From: Candidatus Dojkabacteria bacterium UBA2259
Lineage (GTDB): Bacteria; Patescibacteriota; Dojkabacteria; SC72
Assembly: GCA_002347605.1 (NCBI GenBank)
Contig: DDXN01000013.1
Span: forward strand, 1-55,105
Direction of reading: 5' to 3'
DNA length: 55,105 bases
This document shows, one piece after another, positions 17,219 through 25,781 of this stretch; the stretch's first letter is position 1; each line of letters begins with the position of its first letter. Both the position numbers and the translations under genes were made by a program. The notes under the pieces were generated by a model, which ran no database searches, was not told the origin of the DNA, and worked only from the letters and a program-made list of their open reading frames with translations.

Positions 17219-17518
17219 GTGTAAGTATCATAGATGATTGCGCTAATCTTTGATTAGTGAGGAAAGTCCGGACTCCATGTTAGCTGTGAACATATCACAG
17301 TAAGTGCCAATGAAAGTTGGGAGGGAGTGATCTTTCGGAGAAAAGGGCAACAGAAAGTTATACCGCCTAAGCAATTAGGTAAGGGTGAAATGGTAGTGTA
17401 AGAGACTACCGGGTATTGTAGTAATACAGTATTGCGAGGTAACCCCCCTTGGAGCAAGGTTTAACCGCATAGATAGATAATCATCCAAAACAGAATCCGG
17501 CTTATTTGATACTTACAC
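17219..17518 (+). ncRNA. rnpB: RNase P RNA (bacterial type-A-like, minimal, about 300 nt)
   Basis: GAGGAAAGTCCGG (17259-17271) and ACAGAATCCGGCTTA (17490-17504) are the P4 strands. GGTAAGGGTGAAATGGTAGTGTAAGAGACTACC matches the P10-P12 motif. A 12-bp P1 joins 17219-17230 to 17507-17518. Confidence 0.9.
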
Positions 17519-17572
17519 ATTTCTCTTTTTTGTGATAGTATGTGCGCATAATATCTAGATCTAGTGCTAATA

Positions 17573-18151
17573 ATGTCTAAACAGGTGGAAAACGAAGAGT
17601 TTGATGAAGAGCCTGAGTCAGATGATGAATCATCAGAGGGTGTAGAGATGCCCGTAAAGGAGGAATTAGCTTGGCTTCTAATTGATCATTCTATTACTGA
17701 TGACAATCCCTCTACTTTTAATAGCTATACTGCCTTTGAGCAGATGATAATCTATGAATTTGATACTAAGTTTGAATTGAGTTTGGTTGAGCTCAAAAAG
17801 GAGATTATTTCATTAGCTAAACAGTTAGTAGATGAACAAGATATGGAAGAGGATGGGGATTTAGATGATGAGGATTTAGACGATGATGATTATGAAAAGA
17901 TAATCTATGATGACGAGAGGGTGCTTAACAAGATAGCCCAATATGTCTTGAGAGGTATTATCACAGATGATACAGCATCAGACTGGAATGGGAGAACAAG
18001 TCTTGAACAGATACTGTCTTGTGAGTTTGGTGATTACGCCATAACTAATATGGCTCAATTGAAGAAAAGGGTTTATGCTAAGGGGATTTGTTTAAGAGGG
18101 GGTCGTAGACTTCAGAGTTATGAGGATTTTAACAGTTTCAAAAAGGTTTAA
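17573..18151 (+). CDS. Highly acidic hypothetical protein with an internal duplication
   Basis: D/E-rich ORF with two repeats of about 55 aa that share ITDD...T..EQ...EF...LKK. ATG at 17573 is preferred over the GTG at 17564. Confidence 0.6.
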   Translation: MSKQVENEEFDEEPESDDESSEGVEMPVKEELAWLLIDHSITDDNPSTFNSYTAFEQMIIYEFDTKFELSLVELKKEIISLAKQLVDEQDMEEDGDLDDEDLDDDDYEKIIYDDERVLNKIAQYVLRGIITDDTASDWNGRTSLEQILSCEFGDYAITNMAQLKKRVYAKGICLRGGRRLQSYEDFNSFKKV

Positions 18152-18156
18152 TTGGA

Positions 18157-19134
18157 TTAAACAATATTTCTACCTATTCCATTTAGAAACTCTTTTTCAG
18201 AAGTATCTTTTTTCCCTTCAAGTCTGAACCTAATTACTCTTACTGCTTTGTTTGAATTTTTTGTTGATATTAAAACAGTTGAGTCTTTAACAAAGAGAGT
18301 TCCAGGAATAAGGTCAGTTGTTGTATTGCTTAGCTCAGACTGCAGTATCTGTATCTTTTTCTCTTTAATTTCTTTTTGGTCATTCCTGTTTAGTTTACTC
18401 CATGCAATTGGCCAGGGTATCATGGCTCTAACCATTCTCTCTATGTATTCCGGTTCCATATCTTCCCACTTTATCTCTGCACTTTCCTTAGATATATCTC
18501 TTTGCCAACAGTAGGTCGCTTTACTTTCATCCTGTTTAACAGGTTGGATATTTCCCTGTATCCAGTTTTCAAGTACATTGCCTAGTACCTGTGAGGCTTT
18601 TTTAACGAGTCTTTCTCTTAGTGAGAGGTTTGTATCATCTTTTAGGATTGGTTCTTTAAATATTGATAATATATCTCCTTCATCCATACCTGCAGACATT
18701 AGCATAATGGTAATTCCAGTTTCTTTCTCTCCATCTAAAATTGCCTTTTGAATAGGTACTGCTCCTCTGTATTTTGGTAAAAGTGAGAAGTGGATATTGA
18801 TTGATTTGTATTTTGGATATTGAATGAAAAAATCTGGGAGTATTTCTCCGAATGCTTTACAGACAATTAATTCTGGTTTAAATTTTTCTAGAGCTTCGTG
18901 ATATTTTTTCTCCTGTTTTTCTGTATGGAATACCTCAATGTTGTATTTTATTGCGAATTCTTTTACTTTGGAGGGGGTAAGGATCTGTTTTCTTCCAATA
19001 GGTTTGTCTATGGTTGTGATTACTCCAACAATGTTAAATCTTTTGTCTTGCAGAAGTGATTTAAGAGTTGATACAGATTCCCAATCTGTTCCTAAAAAAA
19101 GAGTTTGTACAGGGTTTGTAATTAAGTTTCTCAT
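18157..19134 (-). CDS. fmt: Methionyl-tRNA formyltransferase
   Basis: HFSLLPKYRGAVPIQKAILDGEKETGITIM is the formyltransferase core; an Fmt C-terminal domain follows. Confidence 0.9.
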   Translation of the reverse strand: MRNLITNPVQTLFLGTDWESVSTLKSLLQDKRFNIVGVITTIDKPIGRKQILTPSKVKEFAIKYNIEVFHTEKQEKKYHEALEKFKPELIVCKAFGEILPDFFIQYPKYKSINIHFSLLPKYRGAVPIQKAILDGEKETGITIMLMSAGMDEGDILSIFKEPILKDDTNLSLRERLVKKASQVLGNVLENWIQGNIQPVKQDESKATYCWQRDISKESAEIKWEDMEPEYIERMVRAMIPWPIAWSKLNRNDQKEIKEKKIQILQSELSNTTTDLIPGTLFVKDSTVLISTKNSNKAVRVIRFRLEGKKDTSEKEFLNGIGRNIV

Positions 19135-19186
19135 GTATACAATTTTACTGTAATACAGCCCAAATTGCTATATAATCTCCGTATAT

Positions 19187-20197
19187 ATGAAAATATCTGA
19201 ATTTAAATACAATTTACCGAGGAAATTAATTGCTCAGTATCCTCCTTTCGAAAGAGGGAGTACAAATCTTTTGGTTTTGGACAAGGCGAGTGGAGAGATT
19301 ACCCATAGGAAGTACTTTGATATTCCAGAATATATTGAGAAGGGAGATGTAGTAATTCTTAATGAGACAAAAGTGTTGAGCAGTAGGACATTTTTTTTGA
19401 CACCCAGAGGGAGAGAAGTTGAAGTTCTTTTTCTTGAGCAGAGAGAGTTGGATACATGGTACTGTTTAATAGGGAGGGCTAAGGATGTGAAGGTAGGAGA
19501 TATACTAGAATGTCATGAGGTGTCAGTTGTAATACAGAAAAGAGAGGAGAGTGGGTTTGTTGTTAAGTTTGTTAAGGGTAATTCGGATTCTCTTTTTGAA
19601 AGATATGGGCATACGCCACTTCCTCCATATCTGAAGAGAGAGGATGAAAAAAGTGACAAGGAAAGATACAATACGATATTTTCATCTATTCCTGGAGCTG
19701 TAGCAGCTCCTACAGCCAGTTTAAATCTTACAGAGGAGATACTAAAGGGAGTCGAAAGTAAAGGTGCTGATATATCGAAAATTGAGTTAAGGGTAGGATG
19801 GGGTACATTTGCTCCAATCAGAGAAGAAAACATTGAAGATCACAAGATACACAAGGAGTATATTAATGTAAGTAGTGAGGTTGCTCAAAGAGTTAATCAG
19901 TGTAAAGGTAGGGTATGGGCATTTGGAACAACTGTTGCAAGAGCGTTGGAAAGTGCCTACTCCCAGGAGGAGGAAAAAGTATTACCATATTCTGGGTATA
20001 CTCAGTTATACATATTTCCTGGATATGAATGGAAGGTAGTAGATGTTCTAGTTACCAATTTCCATATGCCAGATTCATCCTTAATTCTTTTAGTTAACTC
20101 CTTTGGGGGAAAGGAAAGCATAAAAAGAGCCTATGAGGAAGCAATAAAGAGAGAATACAGATTTCTTAGCTATGGTGATAGTATGTTAATTAAATAA
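19187..20197 (+). CDS. queA: S-adenosylmethionine:tRNA ribosyltransferase-isomerase
   Basis: FKYNLPRKLIAQYP... at the N-terminus; GHTPLPPYL, TFAP and SYGDSMLI are QueA motifs. Confidence 0.9.
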   Translation: MKISEFKYNLPRKLIAQYPPFERGSTNLLVLDKASGEITHRKYFDIPEYIEKGDVVILNETKVLSSRTFFLTPRGREVEVLFLEQRELDTWYCLIGRAKDVKVGDILECHEVSVVIQKREESGFVVKFVKGNSDSLFERYGHTPLPPYLKREDEKSDKERYNTIFSSIPGAVAAPTASLNLTEEILKGVESKGADISKIELRVGWGTFAPIREENIEDHKIHKEYINVSSEVAQRVNQCKGRVWAFGTTVARALESAYSQEEEKVLPYSGYTQLYIFPGYEWKVVDVLVTNFHMPDSSLILLVNSFGGKESIKRAYEEAIKREYRFLSYGDSMLIK

Positions 20198-20206
20198 GTA
20201 AAATAT

Positions 20207-21235
20207 ATGGACTTAGATATTCTGAAAGAAAAATTTTTCTTTATGCCTGATGCTACTAGAGGAGCAGTAAGGTATCTAACTACAAAGCAGTTAGAAGAAA
20301 CAGGTACAGAAGCCATTGTTACAAATACATTACACCTTTTAATTCATCCTGGACCTGATGTAATTCATCAGTTAGGAGGTATTAAGAAAATGATGAATTG
20401 GAATGGTATTGTATTTACTGATTCAGGTGGATTCCAACTTTTCTCACTGCTTCATTCTAAAAAATGGAGGGGTAAAGTACATGAGAATGGTGCAACATTT
20501 AAATCTCCTAAGCAGGGAAATACATATGAACTAACACCAGAGATATCAATTGATACACAGATGAGAATAGGGTCGGATGTTTTAGTTACGTTAGATGATT
20601 GTAGGGATACAAACCTTTCTAGAAAAGAAGCAGAAAAATCTGTAGAGAGGACGTTATTATGGGCAATTAGATGTAAAGAGCATTTCAATAGGGAATATGG
20701 TGGTACAAAAAAGACAGGTAAGTTGTTAACTTGTGTGGTGCAGGGTGCTAACTTTCCAGATCTTCGTTCATATTGTGCAAAGGAGTTGGTGAAGATTGGG
20801 TTTGATGGGTACAACTTTGGTGGGTATGTTGTGGATAGGGATGGGGAGCTAGTTGTTGATGAGATGAGTGCTGTTATTGAGAGTGTTCCAAGGGATACAA
20901 TCAGGTATGCAATGGGAGTGGGTAAACCAGAAGATATTCTAATGGCTGCTAAAATAGGGTTTAATCTTTTCGATACTGTCTTGGTTACTCGTAATGCAAG
21001 ACATGGGACAGTATATACATCAGAAGGGGTATTAAGGATAAAAAATAGCGGAATGAGTTTAGACAAAAGACCAATTGACAATAGCTGTAATTGTGAATGT
21101 TGTAAAAACTACAACAGAGCATACCTTCACCATATGCTTAAAAACGGAGAGGCTACTGCTCTTACTCTTTTAACAATCCATAATCTAACCTACTACCAAA
21201 CCCTCATAAAGGGTCTGACCCCAATCCGACCCTAA
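20207..21235 (+). CDS. tgt: Queuine tRNA-ribosyltransferase (short N-terminus; 3' end runs into a repeat element)
   Basis: FTDSGGFQLFSL, YAMGVGKPEDIL and the zinc site CNCECCKNYNRAYLHH. The last 8 codons lie within the repeat at 21211-21232. Confidence 0.88.
   Translation: MDLDILKEKFFFMPDATRGAVRYLTTKQLEETGTEAIVTNTLHLLIHPGPDVIHQLGGIKKMMNWNGIVFTDSGGFQLFSLLHSKKWRGKVHENGATFKSPKQGNTYELTPEISIDTQMRIGSDVLVTLDDCRDTNLSRKEAEKSVERTLLWAIRCKEHFNREYGGTKKTGKLLTCVVQGANFPDLRSYCAKELVKIGFDGYNFGGYVVDRDGELVVDEMSAVIESVPRDTIRYAMGVGKPEDILMAAKIGFNLFDTVLVTRNARHGTVYTSEGVLRIKNSGMSLDKRPIDNSCNCECCKNYNRAYLHHMLKNGEATALTLLTIHNLTYYQTLIKGLTPIRP
21211..21232. repeat. Left inverted repeat of the RAYT unit
   Basis: GGGTCTGACCCCAATCCGACCC. 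GC-rich in an AT-rich genome; the GACCC pentamer (complement of GGGTC) occurs twice. Confidence 0.6.
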
Positions 21236-21666
21236 TTCCTACTCAGCCATGGGTAATCCGATGCCTTTTTCACCAGCCCTTCCCGTATGGGATTCTGTTG
21301 CACATACCTAGTTACTTGAATCAGATCCTTTTTATATTCCAGGTATTTCGCATTGTATCGTCCTTGGAAGATATGTCCGACTCTCTGGTACTTTCTGTTT
21401 ATTTCCATTGCAAAGGTAACGGAGATTTTCTGCATATACTTTGACAGGCTTTTAGGCTCTTTACCTGTCCGGGCTATCAAGTGGAAATGGTTGTCCATAA
21501 TGCAATAGGCAACAATCTTTATATCACAAGCTTTCCGGTACCTAAATAGAAGGCCAAGGAAAAACTGTTTGTCAGCTGGGGTCTTGAAAATAGCTTCTTT
21601 GTTGTTTCCTCGGTTATAGATGTGGTAGAAGCTGTTGGGTTTTAGATCGCGTAACGGTCGTGACAT
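21232..21666 (-). CDS. REP-associated tyrosine transposase (RAYT) / IS200-like Y1 HUH transposase
   Basis: YHIYNRGNN, an HUH motif in CIMDNHFHLI, GHIFQGRYNAKYLE and a C-terminal Tyr region (RYVQQNP), as in PF01797. Confidence 0.8.
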   Translation of the reverse strand: MSRPLRDLKPNSFYHIYNRGNNKEAIFKTPADKQFFLGLLFRYRKACDIKIVAYCIMDNHFHLIARTGKEPKSLSKYMQKISVTFAMEINRKYQRVGHIFQGRYNAKYLEYKKDLIQVTRYVQQNPIREGLVKKASDYPWLSRN

Positions 21667-21707
21667 ATTGGAAAGTATAGCAGGCGGAGATGAAATAAGG
21701 GTTAAAT

Positions 21708-21729
21708 GGGGTCGTATCAGGGTCAGATC
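21708..21729. repeat. Right inverted repeat of the RAYT unit
   Basis: GGGGTCGTATCAGGGTCAGATC, with two GGGTC pentamers. Followed by an A6G8 homopolymer pair at 21732-21745. Confidence 0.6.
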
Positions 21730-21973
21730 TTAAAAAAGGGGGGGGTGACTAGCGAGAATTTGATAAAAATGATATCATTAGAAAGTCCTTAATAATATTT
21801 GATTTTTAGGTAGGACGGGGATAGAAATATTAAGATATTTTGAATTAATGAAAAGTTTTAAGAATAGATATACATATAGAAGATATAGAATTGATGAATA
21901 TTTAGTTATTCGGAATCTAGTGTAGATTTTCAATTTCTTTCCCCAAAAGTATTAAATTTTTAACAATACTCAC

Positions 21974-23494
21974 ATGGAGTTAATTATTGGTATTGTTGCA
22001 GCACTAGTAGGAGGAGGAGCAGTATTCTCTTACTTAAAGTATGGGAAAAAATGGGTTAATGTAAAAAATATCCCAGAGGAAGAAATTACTAGGGTTGCAG
22101 ACAAGCTCATCTCAAAGAGGATAGAGGAGTCCGAGAAAGAGATAGAGGAGAATAAAAGGAAATCAGAAGACCGTTTACGAGTTCTTCGTAAAGAAACTGA
22201 TGAGCATGAAGAGTTGCTTTTAGAAAGAGAGAGGAAATTAAATGAAAGAACAAAGATGCTAGATAGGAAAAGTGAAGAGTTAGACGAAGCATCAGAAGCT
22301 GTTAAGAAAATGCAAAGAGGTTTGGAAAAAACCAGGTTTCAATTAAAAGACGAATTGCAAAGAATATCTGGACTCACACAGGAAGAGGCCAAACAGAAAT
22401 TAATGAGCGAGGTAGATGAAGATATTAAAGATTACGAAGCTAAAAAGATTAGACAAGCAGAGAAGCATGCAGAAGAGATATCTGATGAGAGGGGAAAAGA
22501 GATCTTAGTTGAATCTATGCAAAGAATTGTGACAGACTATGTTGGAGAGACAACTACTTCAACTATCAAGATAGAAGACGACAAGGTCAAGGGTAGAGTG
22601 ATTGGTAAAGAGGGGAGAAATATTAGAGCTTTTGAGAAACTCACTGGTGTAGATGTCATCGTAGATGAATCTCCAAACACTATTGCTCTCTCATCCTTTG
22701 ATCCACTGCGAAGAGAGATCGCAGCTGTTGCTTTAAGCAAGCTAATCGGTGATGGAAGAATTCATCCTAGTTCAATTGAGGAAGCAATTAGAAAAGCAAA
22801 GAATGAAATATCTATAGAGATTAAGAAAAATGGGCAGGTACTTGCAGAAGAGGCAGGATGGCCAGGTATAGATATCGGGTTGCTTAAACTTTTAGGTAAA
22901 ATGAAATATAGAACGAGCTATGGGCAATCATTAATGTCTCATACAATTGAAGTAATGAGGCTTGGGGAAGTTTTGGCAACAGAGTTACATGCAGATGTGG
23001 CCTTAGTGAAAAGAGCATGCCTACTTCACGATATTGGAAAGGTATTAACGCATAAAATTGATAGCCCTCACCATCATATTTCTGGTCAAGTTGCCAGAAA
23101 GTATGGATTAGACGAAAAGCTTGTCAACGCAATAGAGGCACACCACTTGGATATTGAACCACAATCAGTTGAGGCTGTTATTGTGTATCTCGCAGATGCT
23201 ATCTCAGGTGCTAGACCAGGTGCAAGAAAAGATAGCTATGAGCAGTACATACAAAGGATTGAGGCATTAGAAGGAGTTGCAAAGGAGTTAGGTGGAGACA
23301 AGATTGAAGAAGTATTTGCAATTAGAGCAGGAAGAGAGTTAAGAGTGATTGTAAAACCTGCACTGATTACTGATGATGAGATGACTGTGCTTGCAAAAGA
23401 TCTTGCTACTACTATAGAGAAAACTCAAAACTATCCTGGAAATGTTGAGGTTACACTTATTAGAGAGACAAGGGCTGTAGAAGTTGCAAGATAA
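21974..23494 (+). CDS. rny: Ribonuclease Y
   Basis: N-terminal TM segment, a long coiled coil, a KH domain (GRVIGKEGRNIRAFEKLTGVDVIVD) and an HD domain (LLHDIGK). Confidence 0.93.
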   Translation: MELIIGIVAALVGGGAVFSYLKYGKKWVNVKNIPEEEITRVADKLISKRIEESEKEIEENKRKSEDRLRVLRKETDEHEELLLERERKLNERTKMLDRKSEELDEASEAVKKMQRGLEKTRFQLKDELQRISGLTQEEAKQKLMSEVDEDIKDYEAKKIRQAEKHAEEISDERGKEILVESMQRIVTDYVGETTTSTIKIEDDKVKGRVIGKEGRNIRAFEKLTGVDVIVDESPNTIALSSFDPLRREIAAVALSKLIGDGRIHPSSIEEAIRKAKNEISIEIKKNGQVLAEEAGWPGIDIGLLKLLGKMKYRTSYGQSLMSHTIEVMRLGEVLATELHADVALVKRACLLHDIGKVLTHKIDSPHHHISGQVARKYGLDEKLVNAIEAHHLDIEPQSVEAVIVYLADAISGARPGARKDSYEQYIQRIEALEGVAKELGGDKIEEVFAIRAGRELRVIVKPALITDDEMTVLAKDLATTIEKTQNYPGNVEVTLIRETRAVEVAR

Positions 23495-23555
23495 ATGGAG
23501 AATAAGTGATATCTTCTAGTAAGTAATACTACGGGGCATAAAGGTGTTTAACAGA

Positions 23556-23590
23556 GGGGAAGGGAATAATCACCCTTTCCCTTTTTATTA
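23556..23590 (+). terminator. Rho-independent terminator after rny
   Basis: GGGGAAGGG (23556-23564) pairs with CCCTTTCCC (23573-23581), 9 bp including one G-T, around an 8-nt loop. A TTTTT run follows. Confidence 0.7.
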
Positions 23591-23949
23591 TTATTGTGTT
23601 AATGTTCAAATTTTATCTATATTTTTACACTATCCATCATTGAATTAAGAATTTGCACTTTCAGGCATTTTGATTGAAACAGCAATGTTTTCCAAGAAGA
23701 TGTTGTCCTGTCAACCTATTCGATAAATTTCTTATCTTTGTACATATATATTGAAACAAAAAATGTGAACAGAAATTGTTAGAAAGCTCTTGTAATTAAT
23801 GACTTTTCACAGATAATTCCGAATTACCCTATAACAAAAGAGTTCTTGACCCAGCCCCCTATATATCATATTTTATTGATGTGATACTACAAATCATGTG
23901 ATATCAGGATTTGTGGCATCCATATCTCTAAGAAAGGAGGTTTATTACA

Positions 23950-24222
23950 ATGTTAAAGAAAGATTTAGTTGATAAAGTTGCTAAAGCTGCAGGACTTACT
24001 AAAAAGCAAGCTGCAGAGGCAGTAGATGGAGTCTTTGAGGCTATCACAGGTGCTCTTAAAGCTGGAGATGCAGTACTTCTTACAGGATTCGGAAAATTTG
24101 AAGTAAGACAGAGAGCAGCAAGACCTGGAATTAATCCAAAGACCTTAGTCAGAATTCAATTACCAGCAAGACACGTACCTGCATTTAAAGCAGGAAAAGC
24201 TCTAAAAGCTGCTGTTAAGTAA
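23950..24222 (+). CDS. hup: HU-family DNA-binding protein
   Basis: 90 aa, [23 protein letters not shown] strong AAGGAGG SD lies 10 nt upstream. Confidence 0.93.
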   Translation: MLKKDLVDKVAKAAGLTKKQAAEAVDGVFEAITGALKAGDAVLLTGFGKFEVRQRAARPGINPKTLVRIQLPARHVPAFKAGKALKAAVK

Positions 24223-24264
24223 GTGAATCTGCCGGCATTTCTCTCTAGACGAGAGAAAAAAGAT

Positions 24265-24297
24265 AGCCTGAGAATTAAACTCAGGCTTTTCTTTTTA
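24265..24297 (+). terminator. Rho-independent terminator after hup
   Basis: AGCCTGAG / CTCAGGCT is an 8-bp stem with a 7-nt loop, followed by TTTTCTTTTT. Confidence 0.8.
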
Positions 24298-24311
24298 GTA
24301 AATTATGGGCT

Positions 24312-24340
24312 TTGCAACGAACTCTTTTAATTGGTAGTAT
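24312..24340 (+). promoter_or_regulatory. Candidate promoter of the CAP-domain gene
   Basis: TTGCAA (24312-24317), a 17-nt spacer, then an extended -10 TGgTAGTAT (24332-24340). Confidence 0.4.
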
Positions 24341-24379
24341 ATAACGATATATATTAATTACAATTTTACTACTGCTACA

Positions 24380-25768
24380 GTGAGGAAACTATTTATTCCA
24401 AGTAAAGAAAATGGTTACAAACCTATTCTGTTAAGGAAGGTGGCTTTAGCTGTATACACAATAATCCTACTTTTTGTAAACAGCTTTGGAGGCCTACTAG
24501 GTATACCAGAGGCTATGGCAAGTAGTATTACGTCTTCTAACATTATTCAGCTTACTAACCAAGAAAGAACAGCAGTAGGCCTAAATGTACTTAGTACTAA
24601 TGCAAAGCTAACAGCTGCAGCACAAGCTAAGGCAAATAATATGCTTGAAGTTCAGTACTGGGATCATTTTGGTCCCAACGGAGAGACCCCTTGGATGTTT
24701 ATCTCCAACGCAGGATACTCATATGTCTATGCTGGTGAAAATCTCGCAAAAGGTTTTAGGACAGCAGAAGGTGTACATGAAGCATGGATGGCTAGCCCAA
24801 CACACAAAGAAAATATCATGAGTGGAAATTACAAAGATATTGGAGTCGCAGTTGTAGAGGGTACCCTACTTGGCAAGGAAACTATCCTTGTTGTCCAAAT
24901 GTTTGGAAACTTGACTAGCCAGACATTTAAACCAATTCCAACTGTAGCACCAAGTACAGAGATTCCAGCAAAACCAATTGTCCCTGAAAAAGGAGAAATT
25001 AAATCAATTAAGATTACCAACCCTAAAACAGGAGACCTTACTAACGATGCAAATATCAATGTTAAAGGTTCAACCGAGAATGTTTCTGGTAATTACACAG
25101 TTGAAATACTAAATAATCAGGAAGTTGTAGGTAAAAGCCCTGCTACATCAGATACTTGGGAATTTGAGAAAGGAAGTGATTGGCCAGAAGGAGAGCAAAG
25201 TATACAGGCACAGATAGAAGGGGAGAATATTAAATCTGATATGGTTACATTTACAATAGACTCGACACCACCAATAATACTACAGCCCACTATAAAGGTT
25301 GTAAAATCTGAAAACAGTTTTGATTTCACTGTTAATGTCCCAGATGATGCAGTAGAAATAAAATTAGTAACTGGAGAGATGACATTCTCTTTAGAAATAA
25401 CTGATCAAGAAACTGTTACATTTAATATTTTAAAAGAAGATATCGGAGACAGATCTGTCTTAATGGCATCAGACAAGGCAGGAAATATAACAGAATTAGA
25501 TGTATCAGAATACTTTTTAGAAGAGGAGGAAGAAGGGGTGAAGTCAACATCTAGCTTTATTCTAGGATTAAAAAACATCTTTGGTACTACAGATGGAATT
25601 AGCCTCTCAATTATCTCATTTGTTTTTGTACTCCTAAGTATCCAAGTATTTGTGTCATGGAGAAAAGGCAAACTTGGAAAAAATATTGGAGACCTATTTA
25701 CTATTGGTGCTTGGTGGCTAATTATATTAGTTGGTGTATTCAAAGGTTTCGGTGGTTTAGTAAATTAG
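24380..25768 (+). CDS. CAP/SCP (YkwD-like) domain surface protein with a C-terminal membrane anchor
   Basis: LTNQERTAVGL...AAAQAKANNM...GENLAKGF...AWMASPTHKENIM fits a CAP domain. It has an N-terminal TM segment and C-terminal TM helices. GTG start. Confidence 0.75.
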   Translation: MRKLFIPSKENGYKPILLRKVALAVYTIILLFVNSFGGLLGIPEAMASSITSSNIIQLTNQERTAVGLNVLSTNAKLTAAAQAKANNMLEVQYWDHFGPNGETPWMFISNAGYSYVYAGENLAKGFRTAEGVHEAWMASPTHKENIMSGNYKDIGVAVVEGTLLGKETILVVQMFGNLTSQTFKPIPTVAPSTEIPAKPIVPEKGEIKSIKITNPKTGDLTNDANINVKGSTENVSGNYTVEILNNQEVVGKSPATSDTWEFEKGSDWPEGEQSIQAQIEGENIKSDMVTFTIDSTPPIILQPTIKVVKSENSFDFTVNVPDDAVEIKLVTGEMTFSLEITDQETVTFNILKEDIGDRSVLMASDKAGNITELDVSEYFLEEEEEGVKSTSSFILGLKNIFGTTDGISLSIISFVFVLLSIQVFVSWRKGKLGKNIGDLFTIGAWWLIILVGVFKGFGGLVN

Positions 25769-25781
25769 ATACTGCCTAAAA

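Larger units (their letters stand above)
21211..21729 (-). mobile_element. RAYT/IS200-like Y1-transposase unit bounded by inverted GC-rich 22-nt repeats
   Basis: One HUH/Y1 transposase gene flanked by GGGTCTGACCCCAATCCGACCC (21211-21232) and GGGGTCGTATCAGGGTCAGATC (21708-21729). The two are imperfect reverse complements (about 17/22). Confidence 0.65.

Noticed and set aside
17254-17457. 67-aa minus-strand ORF
   Set aside because: It lies inside the RNase P RNA gene, and the conserved P4 and P10-P12 RNA motifs explain the region.
20452-21081. 209-aa minus-strand ORF
   Set aside because: Antisense to tgt, which carries clear catalytic and zinc motifs.
21742-21750. 9-nt match (AGTCACCCC, reverse strand) to the tRNA-Pro 3' end (44107-44115), considered as an att-site remnant
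   Set aside because: A 9-mer match is about what chance predicts in 2 x 55 kb. There is no extended similarity.
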